64,000 nucleotides of DNA from a virus (lineage: Duplodnaviria; Heunggongvirae; Uroviricota; Caudoviricetes): positions 49,380 to 113,379 of IMG/VR virus record IMGVR_UViG_3300028832_000101; one strand, 5' to 3'. Positions 43,786-56,149 of this stretch are shown here, piece by piece; the first letter of the stretch is position 1; every line of letters starts with the position of its first letter. The notes under the pieces are model-generated. The model saw only the letters and a program-made list of their open reading frames with translations. It was not told where the DNA came from and searched no databases. A program made the position numbers and the translations under genes.

Positions 43786-44139
43786 TTATACCTCCACTTC
43801 TCCAGCTTCAGGCCAAAGAGTAAAGATTTTTGGCCCATTTTTATCATAGCCGATTAAAGTAGTATCTCCATTTAATTCAATTTCATACCAATAATCAACA
43901 GAGTTATTTTTTAAAGGCTCTCCAATTTGAGTGTCTTGAGATGTTAATTCAAGATCAATAGCATCAGTATTTTCAGTTATATCAAATCTTTTTTGAAAAA
44001 TAACATTACTATAATCTCCATTTTGACAAATTGAAAATAAAATATAATCTCCAAATCTAAAAACATCTGAATTATTAATTAAATGAATACTTCCCTTATC
44101 TCCCCTATTGATATAAATATGTTTATTTTTAATTTCCAT
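43786..44139 (-). CDS. hypothetical 117 aa protein
   Basis: intact in standard code; RBS aaaggagaga. Confidence 0.55.
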   Translation of the reverse strand: MEIKNKHIYINRGDKGSIHLINNSDVFRFGDYILFSICQNGDYSNVIFQKRFDITENTDAIDLELTSQDTQIGEPLKNNSVDYWYEIELNGDTTLIGYDKNGPKIFTLWPEAGEVEV

Positions 44140-44171
44140 ATTATCTCTCCTTTTATATCTTGCGGCGGCCG

Positions 44172-44765
44172 CTATTTATTTTCTTTATGATTTTCGTCTA
44201 TTGCTTGGTAAATATGTGGTGGAACTATAATATCATGTGCTTTAGCCCATTTATTAAATTCACTAGTCATATACCAATCTCCATGCAAACTTACAAAATA
44301 TGTTTCAGCAAGTTTTAAAATTGTATCTATATTTTCAGGTTGTTGTTCTAAAATCATTAATAATTGAATTCTTAAAGTGTCTTTTCTAGTCTCTTGTGCA
44401 TTTTCAATTAAAAATTTTACATCATCTTTAAACATATCAATACGTTTATCAGAATCTTCTTTGTTTTGTTTTACGATTTCTCTTGTCTCTTGAAGAGCTT
44501 TAGTGAAATCTTCTCTTGCTTTATGTTCATATTTAATTATTTCTGCATGAGTATATTTAGCTTGTTTATCAACATAAAAAGAAACAAGTAATAAAACTAT
44601 TCCTAGAAATGCAAAAATACTATATGTTAATTCTGGAGAAGTATTTAAAACTTTGACTACAAAAGTCGCAGAAACTCCAACAGCGGCAAGTACTCCTGCA
44701 ACTCTTGCCCATATTGTTTTTATATCATTTCAAGGAGTTTTTATTTTTTCATCTTCGTTGTTCAT
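44172..44765 (-). CDS. putative holin-like membrane protein, 197 aa, two TM helices
   Basis: N-terminal hydrophobic segments VAGVLAAVGVSATFVV and IFAFLGIVLLLVSFYV; RBS ggaggagg; one in-frame TGA. Confidence 0.45.
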
Positions 44766-44792
44766 TTATATTTTTCCTCCTCCAAAATATAT

Positions 44793-44856
44793 TTTTTATC
44801 TTACTAAATAATATAAAAGTTTGTTTATATTAATTATACATATTAGGCCAAATAAA
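44793..44856 (-). promoter_or_regulatory. conserved bipartite late-promoter-like motif, copy 2
   Basis: identical box B; box A TTTATTTGGCCTAATAT; same 46 nt register. Confidence 0.5.
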
Positions 44857-44858
44857 AA

Positions 44859-44887
44859 AAGATAGATAGTTAAAATCTATCTATCTT
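44859..44887 (-). terminator. intrinsic terminator aagatagatag-ttaaaat-ctatctatctt + T-run (minus strand)
   Basis: 11 bp stem; contains stop of gene 44886-46643. Confidence 0.6.
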
Positions 44888-46643
44888 AACTTCAACCATT
44901 TTCAGCTAAAGTTGTTCATTCAGAATAAGTTTTACATTTATTTTGTTGTGTAGAACTTAATCCAATATAAGTTAGTGTCTTAGTTCCAGTATAGTCGCTT
45001 GTTAAAGTTGCTAAAGAAGCTAAAATATTATGCAAACTTGTATCACTAAGTTTAGTACAACTACTAAACATATATTGACATGTTTTTGCTTTTGGCATAT
45101 TTATTACTGGAACACTATCTAATTTACTACAACTTTTAAACATAGAATTAAAATTAGTACAAATTGGAGTTAAAATTGTACTTGGAATATCTGTTATTTC
45201 GGAACAAGAATTAAACATATAACTACAATTTGTGCATTTAGATAAATCTAAACTACTAGGTATTGATATTAATTTACTACAATAATTAAACATATAACTA
45301 CAATTTGTAGCTTTAGATAAATCTAAATTACTATAAATATTAGTTAACGCCCTACAATAATAGAACATATTTGATAATGAACCAGTACAATTAGATGTAT
45401 TTATTCCACTTGGAATAGTAGTTAATAATTGACAGCTATAAAACATATAAGAAGCTTGTGTTAAACTAGGTAAGTTTATTGTAGAAAGAGTCGTTAATTT
45501 TGGGCAATAATTAAATAAACTGTTAGCATTAGTACAATTTGGAAGATTTAAAGGGATAGACATTTGTTCTAAATTTGAACAACTTGAAAACATCCCACTA
45601 ACAGATGTAGTTGTACTTGGAATAGTTAATGAATTACTATCTATTTGTTTTAATGCTGAACAACCTAAAAACATATTACTAAAATCAGTACCAGAAGATG
45701 TATTTATATTTTTAACTTGTTGTAATTTAGTACAATTATAAAACATTTGAGAAACAATTGTTGCAGATGAACAATCAATATTTTCAACTTTTATAAGATT
45801 ATTACAATTATAAAACATTTGAGAAACATTTGTGGCGGTAGAAAGATTAATATTATTTACTTCTTCTAAAGCAGTACATCCATAACAAAATTGTCTTCCT
45901 GATGTACTTTGACATAAAGGCATATTTATATTAGATAATTTTTTTAAATTAGTATAATTTTTAAATCATGTTGAAATAGTTGAAGTAACACTTGCAAGAT
46001 TATATCCATCTATTTCTTCTACTGTTGTTGGGAAAAATTTAATTCCTGAAGTTAAACCTGATAAATTTATATTATATACTTTTTTTATATTAGAACAATT
46101 ATAAAACATAGAACTCACATCATTATAATTAGTTATCTGAGACAAATTAATATCTTTAATAATTTCTAAGTTTGTACAATTTTGATACATATAAGAACAT
46201 CTAACTGCTTGAGAAAAATCAAGAGCAGGAGTTTCTTTTAAACCAGTACATCCACTAAACATGCCATAAAAATCTCTTCCTTTTGAAGTATCTAACGTTC
46301 CTGCAGGAATTTTTTCCAAGCTTTGACATTTATTAAACATATAATTAAAAGTTATTCCATTTGAAGTATTTATAACTGGAATATATTTTAAATTTTTACA
46401 ATTAGTAAATAAATAAGAAAAGTCATCAAGAGTGCTATAATTACAATTTTTTATAAAAGATGCATCTTCAAATAAAGAATTTCCAAATTTTATTTTATTA
46501 GAAATAGCAGAAGGAGTAGATGAAGTATTGATAATAGTATCTGCCATATCTCTAGGTTTATATACAGCATTCAAATTGTTAGTTTTAATTCTTAATGCAT
46601 CAGCAATATCTGTTAAACTATTTTCATCTATTAAAACATTCAT
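44886..46643 (-). CDS. BspA-type leucine-rich repeat (LRR_5-like) Cys-rich protein, about 585 aa
   Basis: repeated NMFxxCxxLxxI units; track ORFs 44916-45923 and 45966-46643 bridged by TGA; RBS aaggaggt. Confidence 0.6.
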
Positions 46644-46658
46644 ATTTTAAACCTCCTT

Positions 46659-47786
46659 CTAATATCCTGTAGTCCAGCCCATGGCTTCTAATGCCGCCCA
46701 ATTTGATAAAGATGTACATGTAGTAGCTTGACTTTGAGAAAGTCCTATATGAGCTAAAGTTTTAGTTCCTGTGTAATTAGTTGCTGTTGAAAGTGTTTGT
46801 AAAATATTATTTAGACTAGTGCTTGTAAGATTTGGACATCCAGAAAATATGTCCATTAAAGAATATTGATTTACAACATTTGGAATACTAAAAGCAGGAA
46901 TATCTCTAAGCGCATCGCAATAAGCAAACATATCTTCTATATCTTCTGCAGCGGGAATCGTAATAGAGCTAACTGACACAAGATTATAACAATCTAGAAA
47001 TGAACAATTAAATCCAGTTGCTTTTGGAGCATTTAAAGATGGAATTGAAGTTAAACCATGGCAAGATACACAAATATTATCCAAATTAATCGCCTCTGGT
47101 AAACTTCAATTAGGGAAAGTAATTAAACCGCATCCTTGAAAAGTGCCATCAAAATCTTGTCCTTTAGAAACATTGTAAACAGGAATAGTTGTTAAATTAC
47201 TACATCCTGCAAACATTCATCGAAAGCTTGTTCCGTTAGAAAGATCAAAATTACTTGGAGAAGGAAGAGTAGTTAATTGAGAACAGTTTGCAAACATATT
47301 TGCAAAAATAGTTCCTTTTCCAACTCTCATTCCTTCAAAAGTTGTTAAATTATTACAAGCCTGAAACATGGTTCCAAAATTAGTACCATTTCCTGTTGGT
47401 AAAGAATTTCCTTGTGCTAAAGTTATTGTTTCTAGATTACTGCAACCTGAAAACATACCACTAAAATTTAAACCTGCATCAGCAGGAGTTGTACTTAAAT
47501 AAGGGAAAAAATTTGTTCCTACTCCAGTATTGGAAAACATGCCACTAAAGTCAGTTCTATTTCCAATAGGATTATTTGAAACCATATTAAACATATAAGC
47601 CATTGCAGAAAGGTCGCTTCCTGAATTCCCAAAACTTATAGTATTAATATCTGCTTGGGAAGAAGTTGAACTAATTGCATCTGCCATTTCTGCAGGTTTT
47701 AATTTTAAATATGGATTTCCTTTTACTGTTCTAATTGCATTTGCAATATTTTTTAAAGCAATTTCATTTACTCAAACATTTGCCAT
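46659..47786 (-). CDS. second BspA-type LRR protein, about 375 aa
   Basis: track ORFs 46659-47084 and 47217-47687 merge via TGA; ATG 47784-86 overlaps stop of upstream collar gene. Confidence 0.55.
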
Positions 47787-48430
47787 TAATATTCAACCTC
47801 ATTCCCATTTATATTGCTATTAAATAAATTATTTATATACGCGCAACTATAAGCATCTGTTGTACTTGTAGAAAAATCATCTACTACATTTGAGAATGTT
47901 GCAACAGTATTTTTCGCTTTAATTAAATAATTTACTACAATATATGGTTGTAAGTTTGTATGAGCTTCATCTCCTCCAGTATTATTTGATGTTACTGTTG
48001 CTGATACATGATCTGGACCATCTGCAGGTGGATATTGTCCTGGGTTAGATGTAAAATTTTGATCATCAACAGTTCCTAAATAAGTACTATGAGAATGACT
48101 AGGTATTTGAGAAACAGTTAAAGTAACTTCTTTTACTCCTCCTATTTCTCCAAGCGTATCAAATTCTGTCTGAGTTAAATCTAATCCAACTCCAACTCTA
48201 CCTTTTTTATTAGGTATATTAAATGTAGTACTTCCATCTCCAGCTCCATAAGTTGTTCCTATTACATCAAATAATTCATTATATTCAGTTCTACTTATTG
48301 CACTACCATCACATATTAATCAACCAGTAGGAATAGAAGAACCATAAAATTCAATCCCAGTTCCAATAGCCATACTATCAAGAGCTTTTATTGCAAGATC
48401 TACTCATTGTCCATTGTATTTAAATTTCAT
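47786..48430 (-). CDS. phage tail collar domain protein, 214 aa
   Basis: IPTGWLICDGSAISRTEYNELFDVIGTTYGAGDGSTTFNIPNKKGR...SHSHS...NLQPYIVVNYLIKA; both in-frame TGA fall on conserved Trp. Confidence 0.7.
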
Positions 48431-48444
48431 AATCTGTCCTCCTC

Positions 48445-51400
48445 CTATAATGATGATGATGCTTTTGTATATTCTAATACTATAAATATTTTATCAAAGG
48501 TGTCTGTAAAAGTAGTTACAGAAGTTCCTAGATTAATATATATTTTAAGATTATCTATATCAAAAGAACATTTATCTCTTGTAGAATTATAATATCCTAA
48601 TTTAGCATATCCAACAGGAAGGTCTTCTTCAGCTGGATATCTTAAATATGAATGAGTATAATCTATAAAAATCATATCTGCCCCAAGATTTGATATATCA
48701 ACCTCATTATTTGAAGATGTAATAATATCGTTTGGATCATATTCAACACATATTCTATAAATAGGTTTTCCATCAATTCATATTTTATTAGTTAAAGTTT
48801 CAGTAGTAGAGAATACATCTGGTTCACTACCTCCACCACCACTTGCAGAAGATACTTCATTTGGATTAATCCATAAAATTGCGTTTCCAGTTGGTTGAGT
48901 AGTAGATATTGAAATTTCATTATTGTCAGATGCAGCAATATGTAAAGAATTTGCTGTTCTTGTTATATAATACATTTCATTGCGTTTTGTTGTATTATTA
49001 AATATATATGCAAGAGCAGGTTTATTTAAAATCATATTATCTCAATCCCCTATAATCAAAGAGTTTGCAGGGAATGTAAAAGTTGTAGATTGAGAAGTTT
49101 GTGTATCTGTATAAGTAATTGTTATTGGAGATTTTACTATTGTAGCAGAAGAATTAAATAATTGTTCATTATTAGTTACAGAATCAACTACATTTATTCT
49201 AAGATTTAAATCTATGGCGTCTACAGGGGATTCATCTGTAAATATAGTAGTATTTGTAACATTTGAACCATTATATGTGAACATTTTATATCCATAATCA
49301 CTAACTACAATAAATGTTATATAAGGTTCATCTGGATCTGCAGTAAAATTATAACAACAAATTGCAGATTTTGCTCCAAAATCTATATATCTAGAATCTC
49401 CAACTCTTATGCGGAAGCTTGCGCCTCCACCTCCGACAACATAATAATGAATTCCTCTAGGAAAATCTACAGGTCCATAAGCACCATTAATAGTTTCAAA
49501 AAGAATTCCATCTGTATTAGAAATAACATTATTTGCATCTATATTGATTCCAGTACCAGCAGTATAACTAATATCTCCAAGTTCAATTTTGTTTTTAGTT
49601 ATAGTTCCAGTTACCCAAGTTGTAGGATCATTTCCTGATAAAATAAATTCATAATAATAAGTATCTCCAGCAGTCTCATTTAAAATTCCTAAATTTCCAA
49701 TAATAGTAAATACCATTTTGTCTGTCGTATCTCCTGAAGCCTCTCCATGAGAATAAGGTACATAATAATTTTCTGACTTTTGTAAAGTAGTATTTATATT
49801 CGAATATTGTAAATATAATTGTTCATTCATACTAGCAGATTGTAACGAAGCTAAATTAGAATAAACTGTTCCTTTATTATCAGTTGCATTTATAGTAAAA
49901 GTTCCATTAACAGCATCTATAGATAAAATTGGCATAAAAATTGCTTCATCTTTATGTGTACTAGTTGTCTTTGTATAAGTTTTTGTACTACTTGCCACAG
50001 TTAAATTTACAGAAGTAAAGACATCTTGCCCTACACTTGGAGCCTGATATGGTAAAGTAGTTGAAAATATTGCAGTGTTATTTGTACTTATATTTAATAA
50101 AGGAATATATAAAAATACATTTGTACTTTTTTGTCATTTACCAATAACTTGGTATCCTTGAGAAACTAATGTAGCAATTTCTGTTCCAGTATAATTAGTT
50201 GCATTATTACTATCTAAAGTAACAATAGCAGTAGGTTTAATATCATAATCAGTTCCGAAATCAGCTTGAGTCATTGCGGAAGCCGCAGTTACATGACCTT
50301 CTGCATTAGTAGTTATTTTATATAAATCACTTGTAAATGCACTACCTTTTGCAGTTGCATGGTCATATGCAATTTTACCTCTATCTCCACGATATGCAGT
50401 TGATTCAGTTTCTCCTAAAGCCAAATCTGAAGCTACTACAACATATATAGAACCTGACCATCTATAAGATTTATTAGTAGATAAATCTACATATATTTTA
50501 CCTGATTCTGGAGTAATCTCTGTTGTATAAGTAGATTCTTTATAGAATTTACCATCTGTTAAATTATAATAACCTTCAATAATATCATCTACATAAGCAG
50601 GTAATTGCGAGCTAGGAACCTTTCCAGAACTATCAAGAGTAGCAATTCCATTAGCTTGACCTAATTTTGCATTGTCTGCAGGAGTAAAACCTAATGCAGC
50701 AATTATTGAATTTGAGCTTACTTCATTCCAATATTCATATTCTAAACTATCTTTTGATAAATAATAAATTTTATTATAGTCGCCAACGGAAAATAATAAA
50801 TTTGCTATTCCCATATTACCATAATCTGTATTTAAAAAATTATAAGTCATATAACCTAATTTATCAGTTTTTAAGAAAGCTCCATTTTTTAATATACAAG
50901 TTGCCTCTCCATCAAAACCATCAAATTCAGGTAAAGCAATTCTATCTTTCCATTCTTGGAAAATATAATTACTATTATTTTCAATATAACTCTTTATAGG
51001 TAAAGTATTATCTTTATAGAAAGTGAATTTATTTATTGTTCCAAAAATAGTTGTACCTGGACAATATTCTCCCCAAGAGTCTTCATACTCTAAAAAATTA
51101 ATACCTCTTACATCAATATTTACATTACAAACATCTGGATAAACATAATATGTTTTAATTTTATCTGGGTCAAAAATAATAATTTCATTATCTTCATTAT
51201 CACCATCTTTATAAGTTTCAGAATTTCCATTACTATCAATGACAGTCCATCCACTATTTGATAAATTTAAAATTGCATAACTATTAGCAGGGATTGCATA
51301 AATAGGAACAACTACATCAGTTCCATAGCTTGTCTTTCCTTTAAATAACCAAAAACGAGTAATATTTTGTCTACCTTCATAAACAAAAGTAATTCCTCAT

Positions 51401-52020
51401 CTAATAGAAGAATCCACATCATTATCAACATATGCAGAAGTAGTCCATTCAATAGAGGTTGGATTTCCTATCTCATTAAATTCTCCAGCATTAATTCTTA
51501 CATTCATTATTTCTTTTCAATTAGATATATATTTTCCTCTAATATTGGCATTAGAACTATTTCCTTGTAAACTATGTAATTCATTTATGTTTTGTTTTAA
51601 ATTTGAAATTGTATATAGACCAGTTGCAGTTGTATCTTCTGAACGTCTATTAGGATTTATAATCTCAGGTAGATCTGCTAAACTAGATACATGACCGCCA
51701 TATATAATTGAATCATATAAATTATATATATCTTCAAAACTAATTTTTTCTTGAATTGCATTAGTTAAAAAATATATCATATAATTTATTTCGCCTTTGT
51801 CATAATAATTAGCTAAATTACTTACCATTCTAGTAATATAATTACTACCATTATCTAACTCTGCAACATCAGTAGGCATAATTTGAATTCGTTGCTCTGA
51901 ATCTAAATCAAGATAAATTAATTTTTTGTCTGTTATAAAAAATATATTTCCTTTTTCCTTATCATAAGTTGCTAATTCATTATAAGCAATTCTATAAGGT
52001 TTAAAAATATCTTGTGCCAT
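48445..52020 (-). CDS. very large structural protein, about 1191 aa (tail fibre/host-specificity-like)
   Basis: track ORFs 48445-48675, 48778-49035, 49042-49998, 50134-50850, 51517-52074 all one frame with TGA at every junction checked; ATG 52018-20 with RBS aaaggagg. Confidence 0.5.
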
Positions 52021-52094
52021 TTTTAATCCTCCTTTTATATCTATGCGGTGGCCGGTTAAAAGATTCTTAGACAAGGCTCCCGCAATATTTTTTA

Positions 52095-52159
52095 TTTTTT
52101 ATCTTACTAAATAATATTAAAAATTAATTAAATTCATTAGTTATTTTAGGCCAAATAAA
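52095..52159 (-). promoter_or_regulatory. conserved bipartite late-promoter-like motif, copy 3
   Basis: identical box B; box A TTTATTTGGCCTAAAAT. Confidence 0.5.
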
Positions 52160-52161
52160 AA

Positions 52162-52181
52162 AGATAGTATCTCTACTATCT
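52162..52181 (-). terminator. intrinsic terminator agatagtatctctactatct + T-run (minus strand)
   Basis: contains stop of GT2 gene. Confidence 0.55.
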
Positions 52182-53255
52182 ATAATCATCTTTTGTGCAC
52201 AAGTTTATTCTAATATTATTTTGTTTATATTTTTTTGGTATTTTCTTTTGTATCTTTTTTAAATCTTCTTCTTCATATATTGATGCATTTAAATCTTTAA
52301 CATATTGATCTATTGTATATTCTTCAGCTTCACCATCATATTGAATTTCATTTAAGAAAGCTTTAAAATCCTCTACTGGAATTATTCTTTTTATTTTAGG
52401 TAAATAGCATAAATGATAAAATTTATAACAATAGTATTTAGCTTGGTCTATAAAGAATTGTTTTTTAGATTTTACTATCTCTTTTAATACATCATAAAAA
52501 TCTAATAATCTATAACAAAAGAAATAGATTTCATCTTCTTCTTTAATATTATCTAATCCACCTTGTTCTAAAACATAAATTGAACTATCTACCATTCCGC
52601 AAATACTTCTATCTATTAAGAATTGTTTATCATTACCACGTACTAATGAATCTTTATGGTATGCTCAAAAATAAGTTGGAGTATTTATTACACCAAGAGA
52701 CTCTCCTTTATAAAAACTTTTCATTTCAAATAACATATTAAATCCAACATCTTCATTAGCTCTAAAAGGCGGAAACCATATATTATTATCTTCAATAAAA
52801 TTTCTTCTATATAATCTTGCAAATACATGAGAGTCAACTTCACCATTGATAGCGCCAAATTCACAATTCTCATTTTCTTCTAATATATCAGACCTTAAAA
52901 CAATTAATTGTTTATTATCTTCCATTATTCCTAACATTTGCTCTAATGATTTAGGTAATATTAAATAATCATCAGCATCAACAAACATTATATAATCATT
53001 TTTAGTATTTTTCATACCCTGATTTCTAGCTTCACCAGGCCCGCAATTCTTATCTAATTTAATTTCTTTTATATCCATAAAATTAGAAAATAATTTAATA
53101 GTATCTTGATAATCTCCTTCAGGACAACAATCATTAACAATAGTAACATCTACTTTATCAATAATAGATTGTATTGCTATTGAATGTAAAGTTTTTTCTA
53201 TTGTCTTATGTGCTTTATAGGCGGGAATTATTATATCTATTTTTTTATCTTTCAT
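52176..53255 (-). CDS. family 2 glycosyltransferase embedded in tail module, about 359 aa
   Basis: IIIPAYKAHKTIEKTLHSIAIQS, VNDCCPEG, FVDADDYL; track ORFs 52176-52595 and 52665-53255 joined by TGA. Confidence 0.65.
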
Positions 53256-53295
53256 ATAAAGCCTTCTTTCCTTATCTTTATTATATCATAAAATT

Positions 53296-53340
53296 CATAA
53301 AAGGTCAAAAAAAAAGACTACTGACTAACAGTCAATAGCT
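53296..53340 (-). terminator. intrinsic terminator gactgttagtc + T9 (minus strand)
   Basis: hairpin then ttttttttt. Confidence 0.5.
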
Positions 53341-53669
53341 CCTTTAAATTCAGGTAATGTTTTTAAATAATTATACCCATCTGTTACAGTAAAATCTTCA
53401 ACATATTCTGGTAACATATACCATTTTAATTCTTTAAAAGTATTACTTCCTTTTAGCCATAATTGTTCTTCTGCTGGAGTGATAGGTTCATCATTATCTA
53501 TTTTCTTTTGAATAACCTCAGCTTCAGCTTCTAATTCTCTTTTAGATTCATCTATATATGAGTATAATTGAATTCCTGTACTTTCATTTGTTTTATTTGT
53601 AATTTCATAAATTCTATGGTATGAAACCATAACTCCATTATATGCTTCTCTTTCTAATAATAAAGCCAT
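53325..53669 (-). CDS. hypothetical 114 aa protein
   Basis: intact ORF; RBS aaaggagg. Confidence 0.6.
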   Translation of the reverse strand: MALLLEREAYNGVMVSYHRIYEITNKTNESTGIQLYSYIDESKRELEAEAEVIQKKIDNDEPITPAEEQLWLKGSNTFKELKWYMLPEYVEDFTVTDGYNYLKTLPEFKGAIDC

Positions 53670-53683
53670 TTTAATTCCTCCTT

Positions 53684-54472
53684 TTATGCCGTTCTATTTC
53701 AAATATATACACAAACATAAGGTTCAATATTATCTGTATTACCTACATTTCCGCTAGGTGCTCCAGTAGTTCCAGCCGCAACAGTGTGAGTATGTGAACT
53801 TGTATGACTATGATTAAAACTATGATTATGAACCATTGTATGCGTATGATCTATTGAGTGTGTATGCCCATTTATACTATGAGTATGATTATATGTATGG
53901 CCATGTGAAAAATTCCACCATACATATCCCCAGAAGTCTGCATTTGTACCATCATGAGCATAACGTCTATTACCATCAGCCCAACCAATATAGATACCCG
54001 CAGCATCTGAATCACTTTGTCCATCTACGAACATTAATTGATCTGGTAATTCATCTCCTAGATTTCAAGATAAACCAGGGTCTGCAGCATCTAATCCTGG
54101 ATCTCTATCATCTGTATCAATAGATGCAGTTGATATTGTAGGACTTGTTGAACTTGAAGTTCCTGCAGCCGCTTGACTAACAGTAGGACTTGTACTACCT
54201 GATGTAATACTTATTGAGTGTGTATGCGCGGGAATGCTATAAGAACCATAACTAGTTCCTGCAGCATAAGTATGAGATGAATCTAATTGACCTGCGCCAA
54301 TTAATAGTCTACCTGCTCCATATGCAACCCATGTTCCACCAAATATAGAACCTGGATTTGTACTTGATGTAGAAATATATATACTTCCAATAGGATAAAA
54401 ATTATCTACATTTCAAATTTTTCCTGATATATGACTGTCTCCAGCCACAATTAAATCTTTTATAAATGCCAT
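53684..54472 (-). CDS. His-rich collar-domain tail protein paralog 1 (262 aa)
   Basis: N-terminus MAFIKDLIVAGD...YPIGSIYISTSSTNPGSIFGGTW, HTHSINGHTHSIDHTHT repeats, C-terminus EPYVCVYIWNRTA; RBS aggaggtg. Confidence 0.65.
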
Positions 54473-54484
54473 CTTCTACACCTC

Positions 54485-55276
54485 CTATGCTGTCCTTTTC
54501 CACATGTATACTCCGATACATGGTTGTAAGTTTCCTGAAGTTCCAGCTCCAGTAGATCCAGAAGTTCCTGTAAAAGTATGAGTGTGCGCAAAAGTATGAG
54601 TATGTGCTTCTATTGAATGTGTATGAGCACTTCCATGACTATGACTTGCGCTATGATGGTGACTGTATGAATGTCCATGATTTGCACTATGTGAGTGTCC
54701 CATCGCATATCTTATTTTTCTCCAAGAGTTACTTGATGTACCACTTGTTTTAAATTGATGGTAATCCGCAAAAGTAAACCAAATTCTTGAAGAACTATGT
54801 GAACCTTTTTGCGAACAGAAAAATCTTGTTGGAGAAGCAGCATCACCAGCTAATTCAGTACTACTTGTTGCTGAACTGTTTCCTGATGATGTACTTGAAT
54901 TTCCAGTATGTTCAGTCGTAGAACTTGAATTAAATGCATCTTTATTTGCTATTCCCATATCACCTGTGAGTGTCTCTGCAGCAGCCTCACTTGAAGTTGC
55001 AGAAATACTATGAGTATGGTCTTGTATATCTAAGGAACCGCCTTGTTCATTTGCGGCAATAGTTTTTGTTTTACTTTGCCCATCAGTTCCAGTCCCAACT
55101 CCCATTAATACTCTTCCAGTACTAAATACTTCTCAAGTACCACCAAAAATATCTCCTGGATTAGTTGAATTAGTTGATATATAAATAGAACCAATAGGAT
55201 AAATACTATCTACGAAATGCGCTTTTCCCGCAATTCTTAAATCTCCTTTTACTATTAAATCTTTAAAAAATGCCAT
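54485..55276 (-). CDS. His-rich collar-domain tail protein paralog 2 (263 aa)
   Basis: MAFFKDLIVKGD...YPIGSIYISTNSTNPGDIFGGT; GHSHSANHGHSYSHHHSASHSHGSAHTHSIEAHTHTFAHTHT; ends LQPCIGVYMWKRTA. Confidence 0.65.
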
Positions 55277-55292
55277 ATAAACCCCCTCTTTC

Positions 55293-56123
55293 CTAAGCCG
55301 TTCTCTTCCACATATATACACCTTGATAAGGTTGTAAATTATTTGCTGTGGTTTGGTATGTAATTGAAGGATGACCTGTAGAGCCTGAAATGGTATGACT
55401 ATGCGCGGCAATAGTATGGCTATGAGAGAATGTATGACTATGTGCAGCAACACTATGTGTATGTTCAGGAATTCTATGGTAATGACTAGGTACTGTATGA
55501 GAATGGGAAGGTAAACTATGATTATGAGACATATTAATATGCATATTTGCCCAACCATTTGTTGATGAACCACTGTCTTTAAATCTTCGATTACTACTCC
55601 ACTTAACAGCCGCTCTATCTCCACTGTTACTATAATAACACATATTATTACTTAAGTTATTTTGATGAGTCATGAAGATATTTCTTTGGTGGTCACCACT
55701 ATTACCACCTGCTCCAGACCAATTACCTGTTCCACCTGAAGTTCCGCCAGTATTCCCACTAGTTCCTCCACCAGTTAAGCCTTCAGTATTATCACCTGTA
55801 TTACCTGTCGTAGTTGAAGTAGTTGTATTATTTGCGGAAGTCATTGCCGCAAAACTATGAGTGTGTGTACCTATATTATAACTACCCCCTGTTGTTCCTC
55901 CAGTAAATGTTTTTGTAACACTATCTTTATCTGTATAACTACCTGCACCGATCAAAGAACGACCTTGTCCAAATGCTTCTCAAGTTCCTCCAAAAAGTTG
56001 ACTTGGATTTGTAGAGGCAGTAGACATATATATAGAACCTATTGGATACATACTTTCCAAAACGTTTATTTTTCCTATAAATCTGGCGTCTCCGCTGACA
56101 AATAAATCTTTTAAAATCGCCAT
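55293..56123 (-). CDS. His-rich collar-domain tail protein paralog 3 (276 aa)
   Basis: MAILKDLFVSGD...YPIGSIYMSTASTNP; HNHSLPSHSHTVPSHYHRIPEHTHSVAAHSHTFSHSHTIAAHSHT; ends LQPYQGVYMWKRTA. Confidence 0.65.
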
Positions 56124-56149
56124 ATCCTTCTACCTCCTTTTAATGAATT

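Noticed and set aside
55133-55624. Minus-strand ORF overlapping the His-rich paralog 55293-56123
   Set aside because: Its 3' part is simply the true N-terminus of paralog 2 (MAFFKDLIV...), and the rest is off-frame junk over paralog 3.
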